The notes under the pieces were generated by a model that did no database searches, was not told where the DNA came from, and saw nothing but the letters and a program-made list of their open reading frames with translations. Shown piece by piece: positions 9,139 to 19,123 of a DNA stretch of 32,000 nucleotides (its first letter is position 1; each line of letters begins with the position of its first letter). The position numbers were made by a program, and so were the translations under genes. The stretch lies in assembly GCA_017438525.1 (NCBI GenBank), contig JAFRVI010000054.1, forward strand, positions 10,971 to 42,970, written 5' to 3'. The DNA comes from Clostridia bacterium (GTDB lineage Bacteria > Bacillota > Clostridia > Oscillospirales > RGIG8002).

Positions 9139-9272
9139 ATGAAAAAGATGTTATCGCTATTGCTTGCCGCGGCACTCGAATGACCTTCGCCGGCGCCGTC
9201 TCCGCCGCGAAGCCGGACCGTCCGTTTCCGACGCGCTGCGCGCTCCGCATCGCCGCGAAGCTCGCGGAATGA
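9139..9272 (+). pseudogene. Frameshifted or truncated small secreted-protein ORF (signal-peptide remnant)
   Basis: AAGGAGAG SD, then ATG 9139 encoding MKKMLSLLLAAALE with stop at 9181-9183. A shifted frame from ATG 9180 continues MTFAGAVSAAKPDRPFPTRCALRIAAKLAE with stop at 9270-9272. Joined, the two read as one classic signal peptide (n-region KK, h-region, AVSA-AK cleavage-like site). Confidence 0.3.
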
Positions 9273-9333
9273 CAAGCGCTTGTATGGCGCTTCGGCGGCA
9301 GGGACGAGCATCGCCCGTCCGCAATATAACTCA

Positions 9334-9359
9334 AGAGCCGCTTCCGTAGAAGCGGCTCT
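9334..9359. terminator. Hairpin between convergent tex region and spoIIIAH (probable spoIIIA operon terminator)
   Basis: Perfect 11-bp stem AGAGCCGCTTC / GAAGCGGCTCT with loop CGTA, 16 nt beyond the spoIIIAH stop. There is no clear U-tract on either strand, so the intrinsic-terminator call is tentative. Confidence 0.45.
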
Positions 9360-9374
9360 CATCATATCTTCGCC

Positions 9375-9899
9375 TTATTTCACTTCGACTATCCTGACGT
9401 TTGCGAGCTCCTCGCCGGTCTCGCCCGTGACGATCTCGGCGATCTGCGCGGCTTCAGCGGGGAGGAGGCCCGCTGACTGCACCATCACCTTGACTCCGTC
9501 GTCGCCGATCATCACGACGCATTCGGCGAATCCCTTGGCTTTTATCAAACTCTCGATATTCGCCTCCGCCTCGATGCGCCTCGCTATCGCGGAAGCGGCC
9601 TCCGCGGCTTCGGTCTTCGACGCTTCGTCTACGTCCGCGCTCGCGGCTATCGCGTCGAGTATCTCGAGCGAGCTCGCGCGGGACGTCTCGCGCTGCATAC
9701 GCGCAGCCGAGAAGAACTCGTCGAAGTTGCCGTTCGCCGTGCCGTTGACGAGCTCGGCTTCGCCGATGACCTTGACTTCCTGCGAGTCGTTTTCTCTGAC
9801 GGCGGCGTCCGCGTCCGTCAACTGCCAGTTGAGGAACAGCGCGGTCCCGAGCGCGAGCACCATCGCGGATAATACGATCCATTTCTTCTTTTTGAACAT
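9375..9899 (-). CDS. spoIIIAH: Stage III sporulation protein AH
   Basis: 174 aa with an N-terminal TM segment (KKKWIVLSAMVLALGTALFL), an acidic/Ala-rich linker and a C-terminal YscJ/FliF-like region (IESLIKAKGFAECVVMIGDDGVKVMV). It is the last gene of the spoIIIA cluster. Confidence 0.85.
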   Translation of the reverse strand: MFKKKKWIVLSAMVLALGTALFLNWQLTDADAAVRENDSQEVKVIGEAELVNGTANGNFDEFFSAARMQRETSRASSLEILDAIAASADVDEASKTEAAEAASAIARRIEAEANIESLIKAKGFAECVVMIGDDGVKVMVQSAGLLPAEAAQIAEIVTGETGEELANVRIVEVK

Positions 9900-9934
9900 A
9901 GTGATTCTCCTTTTCTGACGCCGAACGGCGAATG

Positions 9935-10495
9935 CTAACTCATTTTCAGGACGCAGATCTTGTTCGCGGGTATGCCGAGCAGCGCCCTTACCGCGTTGTA
10001 TACGCTTTCTCTCACCTCCGGGCTGCCGGCGCCGCGGCAGACGACCACGACTCCCGTCACCGGCGGCGAAAGCGACGATGCGAGCACCGGACTTTCGCTG
10101 CCGTCGGAGTTTTTCACGACGACGGTGTCGAAGTCGGATGAGTGCGTGTATTTCGCGTCGCCGTCGTTTTCGTCCGTCTCCTTCGCGTCGGTCTGGTAAT
10201 AATATTCCGCCGAGCCGTCGAGCGTGAGCATAACGCGCGTTTTGCCCGCGCCGCTGACGGAGGAGATGATGCTTTCCAGCCGCTTTTCAAGCGCGGCGAC
10301 GTAGGCATCCGCGTCAAACGTCTCCGCGGGCGAAGGCGGCTTCGCGCTCTTCGCCGCCGATCCGGACGACGAGAAAAACAGCAGGCACGCCACCGCGGCG
10401 ACGGCTATGACCGCGAGCCCTTTTTTCGATTTCAGCGCCTTCTTCAGCTTCGCGCCCGAGACGACGCCGACGACGCGTTTCTTTTTATCCGACAT
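9935..10495 (-). CDS. spoIIIAG: Stage III sporulation protein AG
   Basis: Track ORF starts at GTG 10504. Preferred start is ATG 10495 (MSDKKKRVV...) with GAAAGGTGA SD 5 nt upstream. One TM segment plus the conserved C-terminal VTGVVVVCRGAGSPEVRESVYNAVRALLGIPANKICVLK typical of SpoIIIAG. Confidence 0.88.
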   Translation of the reverse strand: MSDKKKRVVGVVSGAKLKKALKSKKGLAVIAVAAVACLLFFSSSGSAAKSAKPPSPAETFDADAYVAALEKRLESIISSVSGAGKTRVMLTLDGSAEYYYQTDAKETDENDGDAKYTHSSDFDTVVVKNSDGSESPVLASSLSPPVTGVVVVCRGAGSPEVRESVYNAVRALLGIPANKICVLKMS

Positions 10496-10500
10496 TGCTT

Positions 10501-10980
10501 TCACCTTTCTATTTCAACGGAGGGCTCGACGCCGAAAACCTCCGTCACCACGCGCATCGCCTTACTTCGCTCCGCGGCGGTAACGTCGGAGGGGAGCGTC
10601 AGCGCGACGTCGTAAAGCTGCAGTTCGCCGTTTTTCTCCGTAACATATATATTCACGTCAGACGGGCTTATGCCGTTTCTTTCGAGAATATCGCGCACGG
10701 ATTGCGAAAAACGCTCCCGCGCGAGCTCCGTGCGCTGCTTGCGCTGTGTTTCCGCGAGGTCGTAGTAATGCGGGGGCAGGTCGGTATCCGCGGCGGCGAT
10801 TATATCACGGTAGTCGCCGGAAAGCTTCAGCAGCGGAGCGGTCAGCACGAGCAGCACCGCGACCGCCGCGGCGATACGCGCCGGCTTCGCGACTTGCTTC
10901 GCGGGCAGCAGCAGAAACACCGCGCCCGCCGCGAGAACGGAGAAGACGACGCCGGTCGCGTATATGCGGAATTCCTCCAT
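10501..10980 (-). CDS. spoIIIAF: Stage III sporulation protein AF
   Basis: 159 aa starting at ATG 10980 (MEEFRIYATGVVFSVLAAG...), with two N-terminal TM segments and a soluble C-terminal domain. The 411-aa track ORF is an Arg-rich out-of-context extension overlapping spoIIIAE. Position between AE and AG matches the operon order. Confidence 0.8.
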   Translation of the reverse strand: MEEFRIYATGVVFSVLAAGAVFLLLPAKQVAKPARIAAAVAVLLVLTAPLLKLSGDYRDIIAAADTDLPPHYYDLAETQRKQRTELARERFSQSVRDILERNGISPSDVNIYVTEKNGELQLYDVALTLPSDVTAAERSKAMRVVTEVFGVEPSVEIER

Positions 10981-10982
10981 TG

Positions 10983-12095
10983 TCACACCTTCAATCTGAC
11001 GAGTATCGCCACCGAAACGGTAATCGCTACCGCGGCGGCCGCGAGCAGCGCGGCTGTCGCCGTGACCGTTTTCCGCGCCGCGCCTGTGAGAGCCGCGACG
11101 TCGTCGCTCCCGAATGACGCGGCGGCGAACTCCGCGAGCCGAAGCGCCGCCGCCCAGACGAGCGCGGTGAAAAGCGGCTTCGCGAAGGCGACGGCTATCA
11201 CGACGAGCGCGAGCCCGCCCATGCCGCCGCGTATCAGCTCCGCCGCGCCGAAGACGGTCTCCGAAGCGTCGGAGATAATCCCGCCGACGACGGGGAGCGC
11301 GCCGGAGACGGTGACCTTCAGTGCCTTGTGCGTCAGCCCGTCGAGGGAAGACGTGATGCCCGACTGTATGCCGATAAACGTCAGATAAAGCGTCAGCGCC
11401 GCGCCGACGCCCCACAGGGTGAAATTCCGCACGCTTGAGGCGAGCTTTTCCGTCTTCAGCTCCGGCGCGAACGCGCCGACCGCGGATAAGGCCAGCGACG
11501 CGCAGGCGACGGGAAGCAGCACCTTGCCGCCGATCGCGGAAAGCGCGTTCGAGAGCCCGAGCATAGCGGCGTTCATGAACCCCGACGAGACCGGCATCCC
11601 GCCCGAGACGGTCAGCGTCGCGAAGACGGGCAAGGAAGCGGTCATAAAGACCGAGCATTCCGTCAGCGTCGCGGCGGCGGAAGCGGCGAGCGAAGCGATC
11701 GGCGCGATGACCGCGATCCCCGCGCCCGCGGTGCATACGGAACGCAGTACGCGCCGCTTTTCGTCCGCGAAGACCGACGCGATAAGCACCGCGCCGAGTA
11801 TCGCACCGAGCGAACGCAGGGGCGCGGATACCGCGCCGAGCAGTCCGTCTTTGACGACGTCAAACAGCGCGCTGATCGTGAACTTTTTCATTCCCTCGGC
11901 GGGGTGCGCGGGGTCGATCCCAAGCTCCTCGAGCGCGTCCGCGGCGGATTCCGGCACCGCCTCCGCGACCGAAGCCGTATCCGCGGCGTCCTCCTGCCGG
12001 CGCACGAGCTCGTCCTCCGTCAGCGCGTGAACGCGCGCGGGCAGCAGAACGAGCAGAGCCGCGAGCAGTATTGTCAAGCATAAACGTCTTTTCAT
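10983..12095 (-). CDS. spoIIIAE: Stage III sporulation protein AE
   Basis: 370 aa with a signal-like N-terminus followed by a polytopic membrane domain. SpoIIIAE-like sequence (GGIISDASETVFGAAELIRGGMG). Its stop lies 2 nt before the spoIIIAF ATG. Confidence 0.9.
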   Translation of the reverse strand: MKRRLCLTILLAALLVLLPARVHALTEDELVRRQEDAADTASVAEAVPESAADALEELGIDPAHPAEGMKKFTISALFDVVKDGLLGAVSAPLRSLGAILGAVLIASVFADEKRRVLRSVCTAGAGIAVIAPIASLAASAAATLTECSVFMTASLPVFATLTVSGGMPVSSGFMNAAMLGLSNALSAIGGKVLLPVACASLALSAVGAFAPELKTEKLASSVRNFTLWGVGAALTLYLTFIGIQSGITSSLDGLTHKALKVTVSGALPVVGGIISDASETVFGAAELIRGGMGGLALVVIAVAFAKPLFTALVWAAALRLAEFAAASFGSDDVAALTGAARKTVTATAALLAAAAVAITVSVAILVRLKV

Positions 12096-12096
12096 T

Positions 12097-12486
12097 TCAG
12101 CCCTTTATCAGCGCCGCGACGAGCGACGCGAATTCACGCAGCAGCGGTATCGAAACGGCGAAGGCGGCGAGTCGCCCGAAGGTTTCCACCCGCGCCGCGA
12201 GAGCGCTTTCTCCCGCGTCGCGGCAGGTGTCGGAGGCGAACTCCGTGACGAAGCAGACGCCGACGCATTTGAGCAGCGTGCGCACGCTGAGCGCGGACAT
12301 TCCGGAAGCGTCCGCGAGCTCGCGGAAGAAGCTTATCGCGTCGAGCGCGACGTCGATGAGTCCGGAAAGAATAAACGCCGAAACTCCCACTCCGGCAAGC
12401 AGCGCGAGCTCCGGCCGGTACTGCTTCAATAAAACGCATATCAGCGCGCCGATGACGCCGATCGCGGCGACCGTGTAAATATTCAT
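12097..12486 (-). CDS. spoIIIAD: Stage III sporulation protein AD
   Basis: 129 aa, four hydrophobic segments, SpoIIIAD-like (LLKCVGVCFVTEFASDTCRDAGESALA). The ATG shares one nucleotide with the spoIIIAC stop (TGATG). Confidence 0.9.
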   Translation of the reverse strand: MNIYTVAAIGVIGALICVLLKQYRPELALLAGVGVSAFILSGLIDVALDAISFFRELADASGMSALSVRTLLKCVGVCFVTEFASDTCRDAGESALAARVETFGRLAAFAVSIPLLREFASLVAALIKG

Positions 12487-12680
12487 CAGAAACCGAACAT
12501 CGTCTTTATCATGGCGAAAAGACGGCTGATTTCGCCCGAAATCACGACGAGCACGACCACGAGGCCGGCGATAGTCGTCAGCATCGCCTGTTCCTCTCTG
12601 CCGGAGCGCACGAGGAGCTGATTTAATACGGCGGTTATTATCCCGACCGCCGCGATCTTGAAAATGAGGTCAACGTCCAT
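12486..12680 (-). CDS. spoIIIAC: Stage III sporulation protein AC
   Basis: 64 aa, MDVDLIFKIAAVGIITAVLNQLLVRSGREEQAMLTTIAGLVVVL..., which closely matches the conserved SpoIIIAC two-TM peptide. Confidence 0.92.
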   Translation of the reverse strand: MDVDLIFKIAAVGIITAVLNQLLVRSGREEQAMLTTIAGLVVVLVVISGEISRLFAMIKTMFGF

Positions 12681-12693
12681 CGAATTGCCTTCC

Positions 12694-13152
12694 TTACGCT
12701 AATATGATGATCGCCGCAAGTCCGCCGAGCCCGCCGAGCGAGAGGCAGAGGCGGCCTTTTTCGGCCTTTTCGCGTTTCGCGCTTTCGGCGGCGTCTTTCC
12801 AGAAGTCGCGGAAGTCGTCCGTCAGCGCGAGCTGCCGCTCGAGCGTGCCTTCGCCGAGCGCGGATATGAAAGCGCGGAGCTTTTCCGCCTCCTTTTCGCC
12901 GAAGGGGAAGTCCGCTCCGTCAAGGTATTCGAGCAGCGCGGCCTCGTCGCCGCCGCAGGGGAAGGGCAGCTCCGCCAGAAGCTCGCGCTTCAGCGCGTGG
13001 CGGTGCATGATCGCGGAGCGTATGCGTCCGGCAGAGGCGGCGAGCGCCTCGGCGGTTTCGGCGCGCGCTGATATGCGGCGGCTGCGCCGCAGTCCGCACC
13101 AGAAGACTCCCGCGCCCGCGGCGCAGGCGGCGGCGAATCTAAGCGTCAGCAA
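12694..13152 (-). CDS. spoIIIAB: Stage III sporulation protein AB
   Basis: 152 aa with N- and C-terminal TM segments flanking a helical soluble domain, as in SpoIIIAB. There is no ATG for the N-terminal TM, so the start is TTG 13152, overlapping the spoIIIAA 3' end by 14 nt. Confidence 0.8.
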   Translation of the reverse strand: MLTLRFAAACAAGAGVFWCGLRRSRRISARAETAEALAASAGRIRSAIMHRHALKRELLAELPFPCGGDEAALLEYLDGADFPFGEKEAEKLRAFISALGEGTLERQLALTDDFRDFWKDAAESAKREKAEKGRLCLSLGGLGGLAAIIILA

Positions 13153-13981
13153 TTACCGTCACCCTTTCTATCACTCCGACCGCGCCGGCTTTGAAGAACG
13201 CCGCGCGGCGGAAACAGCCGCTTTCCGCGAGCCGCCTGAAGCGGCGGGAGCGTTCGTTCCCGTGAACCGCCGCTACGACGTCGACTCCGCAGTCTGCGCA
13301 TTCGATCAGCGCGTCCGCTTCGCCTTCGCCGACCTCGTCGCATACGATGACGTCGGGGGAAAGACAGCGCAGCGCAAGCTCGGCCGCGTAGGTCTTCGGG
13401 TAGCCGTCCAGAACGTCCGTCAGCGGCCCGACGTCGGCGGATGGGAATCCGTCAGCGACGGCGGCGATCTCGCCGCGCTCGTCTATGACGCAGACCTTGC
13501 GCCCGCTTTCGGAGAGCCGCCGCACCAGATCGCGCAGCAGGGTAGTCTTGCCGCAGGCGGGCGGACCCGCGAGCAGCAGGCCGCCGCTGATGCTCCCGCC
13601 GAGCGCGGCGAAAAGCCCGTCCGCCGCGCCTTTTACCTCGCGCGCGAAGCGCAGGTTCAGCGATCGCGCGTCCTTGACCGAAACGATCTTTCCGTCCTCG
13701 GCGACCGCGGTGCCGCATACGCCTATCCGGCAGCCGCCGACGGTGAAGTATCCGCGCTTTATCTCGCTTTCATAGGCGTACGGCGCGCCGCCGCAAAGCT
13801 CGGAAAATAGCTTACGGAACTCGCTGCGGTCGATGCTTCCGACGCGTCTGACGCCGCTTTTCGCGACCGCCCAAACGCCTCCTCCGGCGAAGACGCGCAG
13901 CTCGTATAATTCGTTTTTCAGCGCCTCCGCCGCCCCGCGAAACCGCGCCGGCAGAAGCGATATGATTCCGTCAGAGTCCAT
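13139..13981 (-). CDS. spoIIIAA: Stage III sporulation protein AA (secretion-type ATPase)
   Basis: Preferred start is ATG 13981 (MDSDGIISLLP...) with GGGGTGAG SD; the track start 14071 lacks an SD. Walker A GPPACGKTT and Walker B-like VIVCDEVG. First gene of the spoIIIA cluster. Confidence 0.9.
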   Translation of the reverse strand: MDSDGIISLLPARFRGAAEALKNELYELRVFAGGGVWAVAKSGVRRVGSIDRSEFRKLFSELCGGAPYAYESEIKRGYFTVGGCRIGVCGTAVAEDGKIVSVKDARSLNLRFAREVKGAADGLFAALGGSISGGLLLAGPPACGKTTLLRDLVRRLSESGRKVCVIDERGEIAAVADGFPSADVGPLTDVLDGYPKTYAAELALRCLSPDVIVCDEVGEGEADALIECADCGVDVVAAVHGNERSRRFRRLAESGCFRRAAFFKAGAVGVIERVTVIADA

Positions 13982-14002
13982 AAACTCACCCCGTTTTTGT
14001 AA

Positions 14003-14030
14003 ATGATATGCCGAGGCTCGTCCGTATAGA
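14003..14030 (-). promoter_or_regulatory. Candidate sigma-E-like promoter of the spoIIIA operon
   Basis: On the - strand: TCTATAC, 13 nt, CATATCAT. The -10 matches 6 of 8 positions of the B. subtilis sigma-E consensus CATACAHT. The -35 ATA element is present but the spacing is imperfect. The -10 element ends about 21 nt upstream of the ATG. Confidence 0.3.
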
Positions 14031-14067
14031 ACACTTGTCCGTAAAAAGCGCGCAACAAAAGAGCGTA

Positions 14068-14098
14068 ACAAAAAGACGTTCCTTTCGGAACGCCTTTC
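14068..14098 (-). terminator. Rho-independent terminator after the beta-propeller gene
   Basis: The - strand reads AAAGGCGTTCC GAAA GGAACGTCTTT followed by TTGTT. This is an 11-bp stem with one G-U pair, about 40 nt past the stop at 14135. Confidence 0.7.
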
Positions 14099-14134
14099 TG
14101 TAAAGGAGAAATAATGAAAGCTTGAAAGCGCGTA

Positions 14135-16261
14135 TCAGAACGTGAGATTGCCGAGCAGCTCGCCGGTGGCGTAGTCGTTGATCTGGATCATATCGCAGGA
14201 GATCGTCACTACGTTGTCGCCGATGAAGATACCGCGGGTGATGTCGAGCGTTTTATCTTCACCGTCGCCGGCTCCGGCGCGGAGCTGCTGTATCTGACTG
14301 ACGAGCTCGATCTTTTCGCCGCCGCCCATCGAGAAGACGCAGAAGGAGTAGCCGTCAAACTCACCGTAGTCGTATATGTTTTCCTGTTTGCCTTTGAAGG
14401 TGAAGAGCTCGACCGGCAGGCCGAAAACGTCGCGTTCTCCGTAGTAGGCGAGCGCCTTGTGGTCGCGCTCGACCGCGGAGTAGGTGCCTCTGTCGCCGAG
14501 GATGAAGGTGTCGATCTCTGCCATATTATCGGGATCGGTGACGTCGAAGAGCGCGATCTTCAGCCCCTGATAATAGGCGATGTCGGCGTCCTCGCTCTCG
14601 GCCGCGGCGTCCTGACCGATGCCGAGGAGCGTGTTTTCGTCATATGGATGGAGGTATTCACTGTAGCCGGGGATCTTCAGCTCGCCGGTGACCTTCGGCT
14701 CCTTCGGGTCGCTTAAGTCGAAGGCGAAGAGCGGGTCGACGGTGCGGAAGGTGACGACGTATCCGGTCGCGCCGTTGAAGCGGACGGAGTAGATGTGTTC
14801 GCCCTTCGCGAGTCCGGTCAGCTCGCCGAGCTTCTCGAGGTTTTCGTCGAGGATCGTGACGGCGTTCTCGGTGTAGAATTCGACCGTCTTATCCTCCTTA
14901 GTTGTATATCCATCGTAGGTGGTGGCGACGCGGAGGTTGCCCTCGTATTCGTCGGCGGCGAACTGATTTATCATAGTGCCGTTGACGCTGCCGGAGGCGG
15001 TGAAGGCGAGCTCGGAGCCGCTCATCGTGAACTTGTAGATATTCGTCGTGATCGCGGCGTCTAAAACCGCGCCTTCGGCGTCGTCGGTGTCGGCGGGCTC
15101 GTAATCGTAGCGCGTGCCGAAGACGTAAAGCGCCTTTGCGGAGGAATAGACGGTGTGACCTTCACCGAGCACGGTCACGGTGCCGGCGGGCTCGGAGGCG
15201 TCCTTGATATTCAGCGCGCCGAGCGTGATGAAATTGGTGGTGTTTTCGCCGATATAGACGCAGTCTGGCGCGAGCGGAGCCGCAGTTTCTTCGACCGTAC
15301 TGTCGCAGCGGCAGGGGACGACGGATTCGGGCTTGCCGTCATAATTGCCGGCGAAGACGTATTTTCTCGTTACGACATAGACGTGATCGCCGACGCGGCG
15401 GGAGCTGATATACGAGCCCTCCTGCGTGTAATACCGCACGGTCTCGGGCTTCGCGGGATCGGAAACGTCATAGACAGCGACGCCGAACTGCGAATTGTCG
15501 CGCATCGCGAAGTAGTAGTCGGAATAAAGCATCTCGTCGCGGTATCTTTGCTTTTCAGCCGTGAAGACGACGGTCAACAGATCGTTTTCAAGGAACATTT
15601 CGATGACGTTTGCGTAGCCGTAAACGCTGTTGTCGAGCAGATCGTCAACGCGTATGGTTGACGATTTTGCGATTTCGGAAGGCGTCCTTACGTCGAAAAC
15701 GACGACGTGTCCTTCTTTGGCGACGTAGACGAACTTGCCGTCCGTCTTGACGATATCGGCTTCGTCGACGCCGTCGACCTGGACGTTCGTCTTGCTGTAG
15801 CCGCCGTCGGTTCCTTCCGGCAGCGCAGGCGCGAAAGCGCTTTCTTCTACGCCGCCGATGGTGATGTTTTCGGGATCCCCGGCGTAGTCTGAAACGCCGC
15901 TAAAGGCGTCGTTCGTCGCCGTCGCAGATTTGTAATACATACCGTCAAACACGTTGCGCGAATCGGCGCGGTCCTTCGCCTTGGTGAAGACGGCGTCGAG
16001 GTCGTCGTAGGTCGCGCAGCGAGTGAGCTCCGGCTTGCCGCCGGAGACGGCGACGCCGTTCGATTTCGGCACGACGTAGACCGCGGTCAGCGAAATGCCG
16101 ACAACGAGCAGCAGCGAAAGCGCCGCCATCGCGAAGCGGAACGCGGGGCGCTGCGTGAAGCGCGGCTTCGCAGTTTCCGCAACCTGCGGAACGACCGGCG
16201 TGTCGGGCGTTTCTGCCTTCGCTATCGCGCGGTATTCATTCTTGAATCTGTTGAAGTTCAT
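14135..16261 (-). CDS. Membrane-anchored beta-propeller domain protein (COG4880 / Beta_propel-like); possible anti-sigma partner
   Basis: Preferred start is ATG 16261 (MNFNRFKNEY...) with GGGAGG SD 7 nt upstream; the track start is TTG 16276. A cytoplasmic tail of about 45 aa precedes one TM (FAMAALSLLLVVGISLTAVYVV) and a large extracytoplasmic region. The segment NVQVDGVDEADIVKTDGKFVYV and the repeated beta-strand blocks are typical of the secreted beta-propeller family. Confidence 0.75.
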   Translation of the reverse strand: MNFNRFKNEYRAIAKAETPDTPVVPQVAETAKPRFTQRPAFRFAMAALSLLLVVGISLTAVYVVPKSNGVAVSGGKPELTRCATYDDLDAVFTKAKDRADSRNVFDGMYYKSATATNDAFSGVSDYAGDPENITIGGVEESAFAPALPEGTDGGYSKTNVQVDGVDEADIVKTDGKFVYVAKEGHVVVFDVRTPSEIAKSSTIRVDDLLDNSVYGYANVIEMFLENDLLTVVFTAEKQRYRDEMLYSDYYFAMRDNSQFGVAVYDVSDPAKPETVRYYTQEGSYISSRRVGDHVYVVTRKYVFAGNYDGKPESVVPCRCDSTVEETAAPLAPDCVYIGENTTNFITLGALNIKDASEPAGTVTVLGEGHTVYSSAKALYVFGTRYDYEPADTDDAEGAVLDAAITTNIYKFTMSGSELAFTASGSVNGTMINQFAADEYEGNLRVATTYDGYTTKEDKTVEFYTENAVTILDENLEKLGELTGLAKGEHIYSVRFNGATGYVVTFRTVDPLFAFDLSDPKEPKVTGELKIPGYSEYLHPYDENTLLGIGQDAAAESEDADIAYYQGLKIALFDVTDPDNMAEIDTFILGDRGTYSAVERDHKALAYYGERDVFGLPVELFTFKGKQENIYDYGEFDGYSFCVFSMGGGEKIELVSQIQQLRAGAGDGEDKTLDITRGIFIGDNVVTISCDMIQINDYATGELLGNLTF

Positions 16262-16279
16262 AACAAAACCTCCCAATCG

Positions 16280-16789
16280 TTAATTCAGGTCTGCCAGCAG
16301 CGGCTTGAGTTTCTTGACGATCTGCGCGTACTGCCAGCGGACGGTGGACGGGTTTGACGAAACGATCTCTGCGATCTCGCGGTGCTTGAAGCCGCCGAGC
16401 ACCTTCAGATCGAAGATCTCGCGCTCTTCATCGGAGAGGGTGCCGAGCGCCTGGCGGATCATGACGGATTTTTCCGTATCCGCGGCGGCGTTTACGGTGT
16501 GCGCTTCCGGATCATCCGAGGGAACGGAGCGGCTTTCGCTTTTGACGTGGTCGAGCGATCGGTATTTGGCGAGCTTTATCAGCCAGCCGCCGATCTCGTC
16601 GGGCACGGAGCCGTTGTTTTCGCAGTTTTCCATCAGCTCGAGGAATACCGACTGCATGACGTCCTCTGCGGCTTCCTTTGAGCGCGTCAAGCGGAGCGCC
16701 GTGTAATAGACGGCAACGCGGTATTTCTCATAGATCCTCGTGAACTGTCTCGATGCGTACTCGGTCATCCTGTCCCTCGCTTTCGCCAT
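16280..16789 (-). CDS. ECF-type RNA polymerase sigma-70 family factor
   Basis: 169 aa. Region 2 (AEDVMQSVFLELMEN...WLIKLAKYRSLDH) and region 4 HTH (FKHREIAEIVSSNPSTVRWQYAQIVKKL). ATG 16789 has no SD; an alternative start is ATG 16768 (MTEYASRQ) after GAGGGA. The stop is 18 nt before the downstream gene. Confidence 0.85.
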   Translation of the reverse strand: MAKARDRMTEYASRQFTRIYEKYRVAVYYTALRLTRSKEAAEDVMQSVFLELMENCENNGSVPDEIGGWLIKLAKYRSLDHVKSESRSVPSDDPEAHTVNAAADTEKSVMIRQALGTLSDEEREIFDLKVLGGFKHREIAEIVSSNPSTVRWQYAQIVKKLKPLLADLN

Positions 16790-16855
16790 GCGGTGATCGG
16801 TTCGTCATTCGCTATATTAACGACGGGGAGGTTCGTTTTGTTGGAAAAATATTTA

Positions 16856-18913
<2,058 letters not shown>

Positions 18914-18932
18914 TTATTGCTCGCGAAAAACG

Positions 18933-18962
18933 AAAAAAGCGGCTCGCATGAGCCGCTTTTTT
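18933..18962 (-). terminator. Rho-independent terminator downstream of spoVM (symmetrical hairpin)
   Basis: AAAAAAGCGGCTC GCAT GAGCCGCTTTTTT: a GC-rich stem flanked by A and T runs, about 30 nt after the spoVM stop. Confidence 0.8.
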
Positions 18963-18993
18963 CGTACCGTCTTCGCGCTTGTCAACGGGCGCG

Positions 18994-19074
18994 TCAGGTC
19001 TCCTTTTTGATGCCGAAAAGCTTTCTCAGCAGTCCCGCCAGCACACGCGGGCTTTTCACCACTACAACCTTCAT
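18994..19074 (-). CDS. spoVM: Stage V sporulation protein M-like 26-aa amphipathic peptide
   Basis: Not in the ORF track because it is under 60 aa. ATG 19074 follows a GGAG SD with a 9-nt spacer. The product MKVVVVKSPRVLAGLLRKLFGIKKET is 26 aa. It aligns position-for-position with B. subtilis SpoVM (MKFYTIKLPKFLGGIVRAMLGSFRKD): M1, K2, K7, P9, L12, G14, R17, G21 and a basic C-terminus. A terminator follows. Confidence 0.7.
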   Translation of the reverse strand: MKVVVVKSPRVLAGLLRKLFGIKKET

Positions 19075-19123
19075 AATCTGAAACTCCGTTCCGCCGTCGC
19101 GCGCGGCAATTCTTTCTCCGCCG

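Noticed and set aside
10981-11736. Upstream 252-aa extension of the spoIIIAF ORF (track 10501-11736)
   Set aside because: The extension is extremely Arg-rich and fully overlaps spoIIIAE in another frame. The spoIIIAF-like sequence begins at ATG 10980, right after the spoIIIAE stop.
12704-13810. 368-aa Ser/Ala/Arg-rich ORF on the plus strand
   Set aside because: It is antisense to spoIIIAB/spoIIIAA, whose products carry clear family features (Walker A, TM pattern). Shadow ORF.
13982-14071. Longer N-termini offered by the ORF track for spoIIIAA (14071), the beta-propeller gene (16276), ligA (18910), lon (26683), nfnA (2039), nfnB (2881) and spoIIIAG (10504)
   Set aside because: In each case an internal ATG has a much better Shine-Dalgarno and spacing, and the extension overlaps promoters, terminators or the upstream gene. 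Coordinates are shown for the spoIIIAA example.
14099-14134. AAAGGAGA SD followed by ATG AAA GCT TGA on the plus strand
   Set aside because: It is only a 3-codon ORF between a stop codon and a terminator. This is a chance SD-like sequence.
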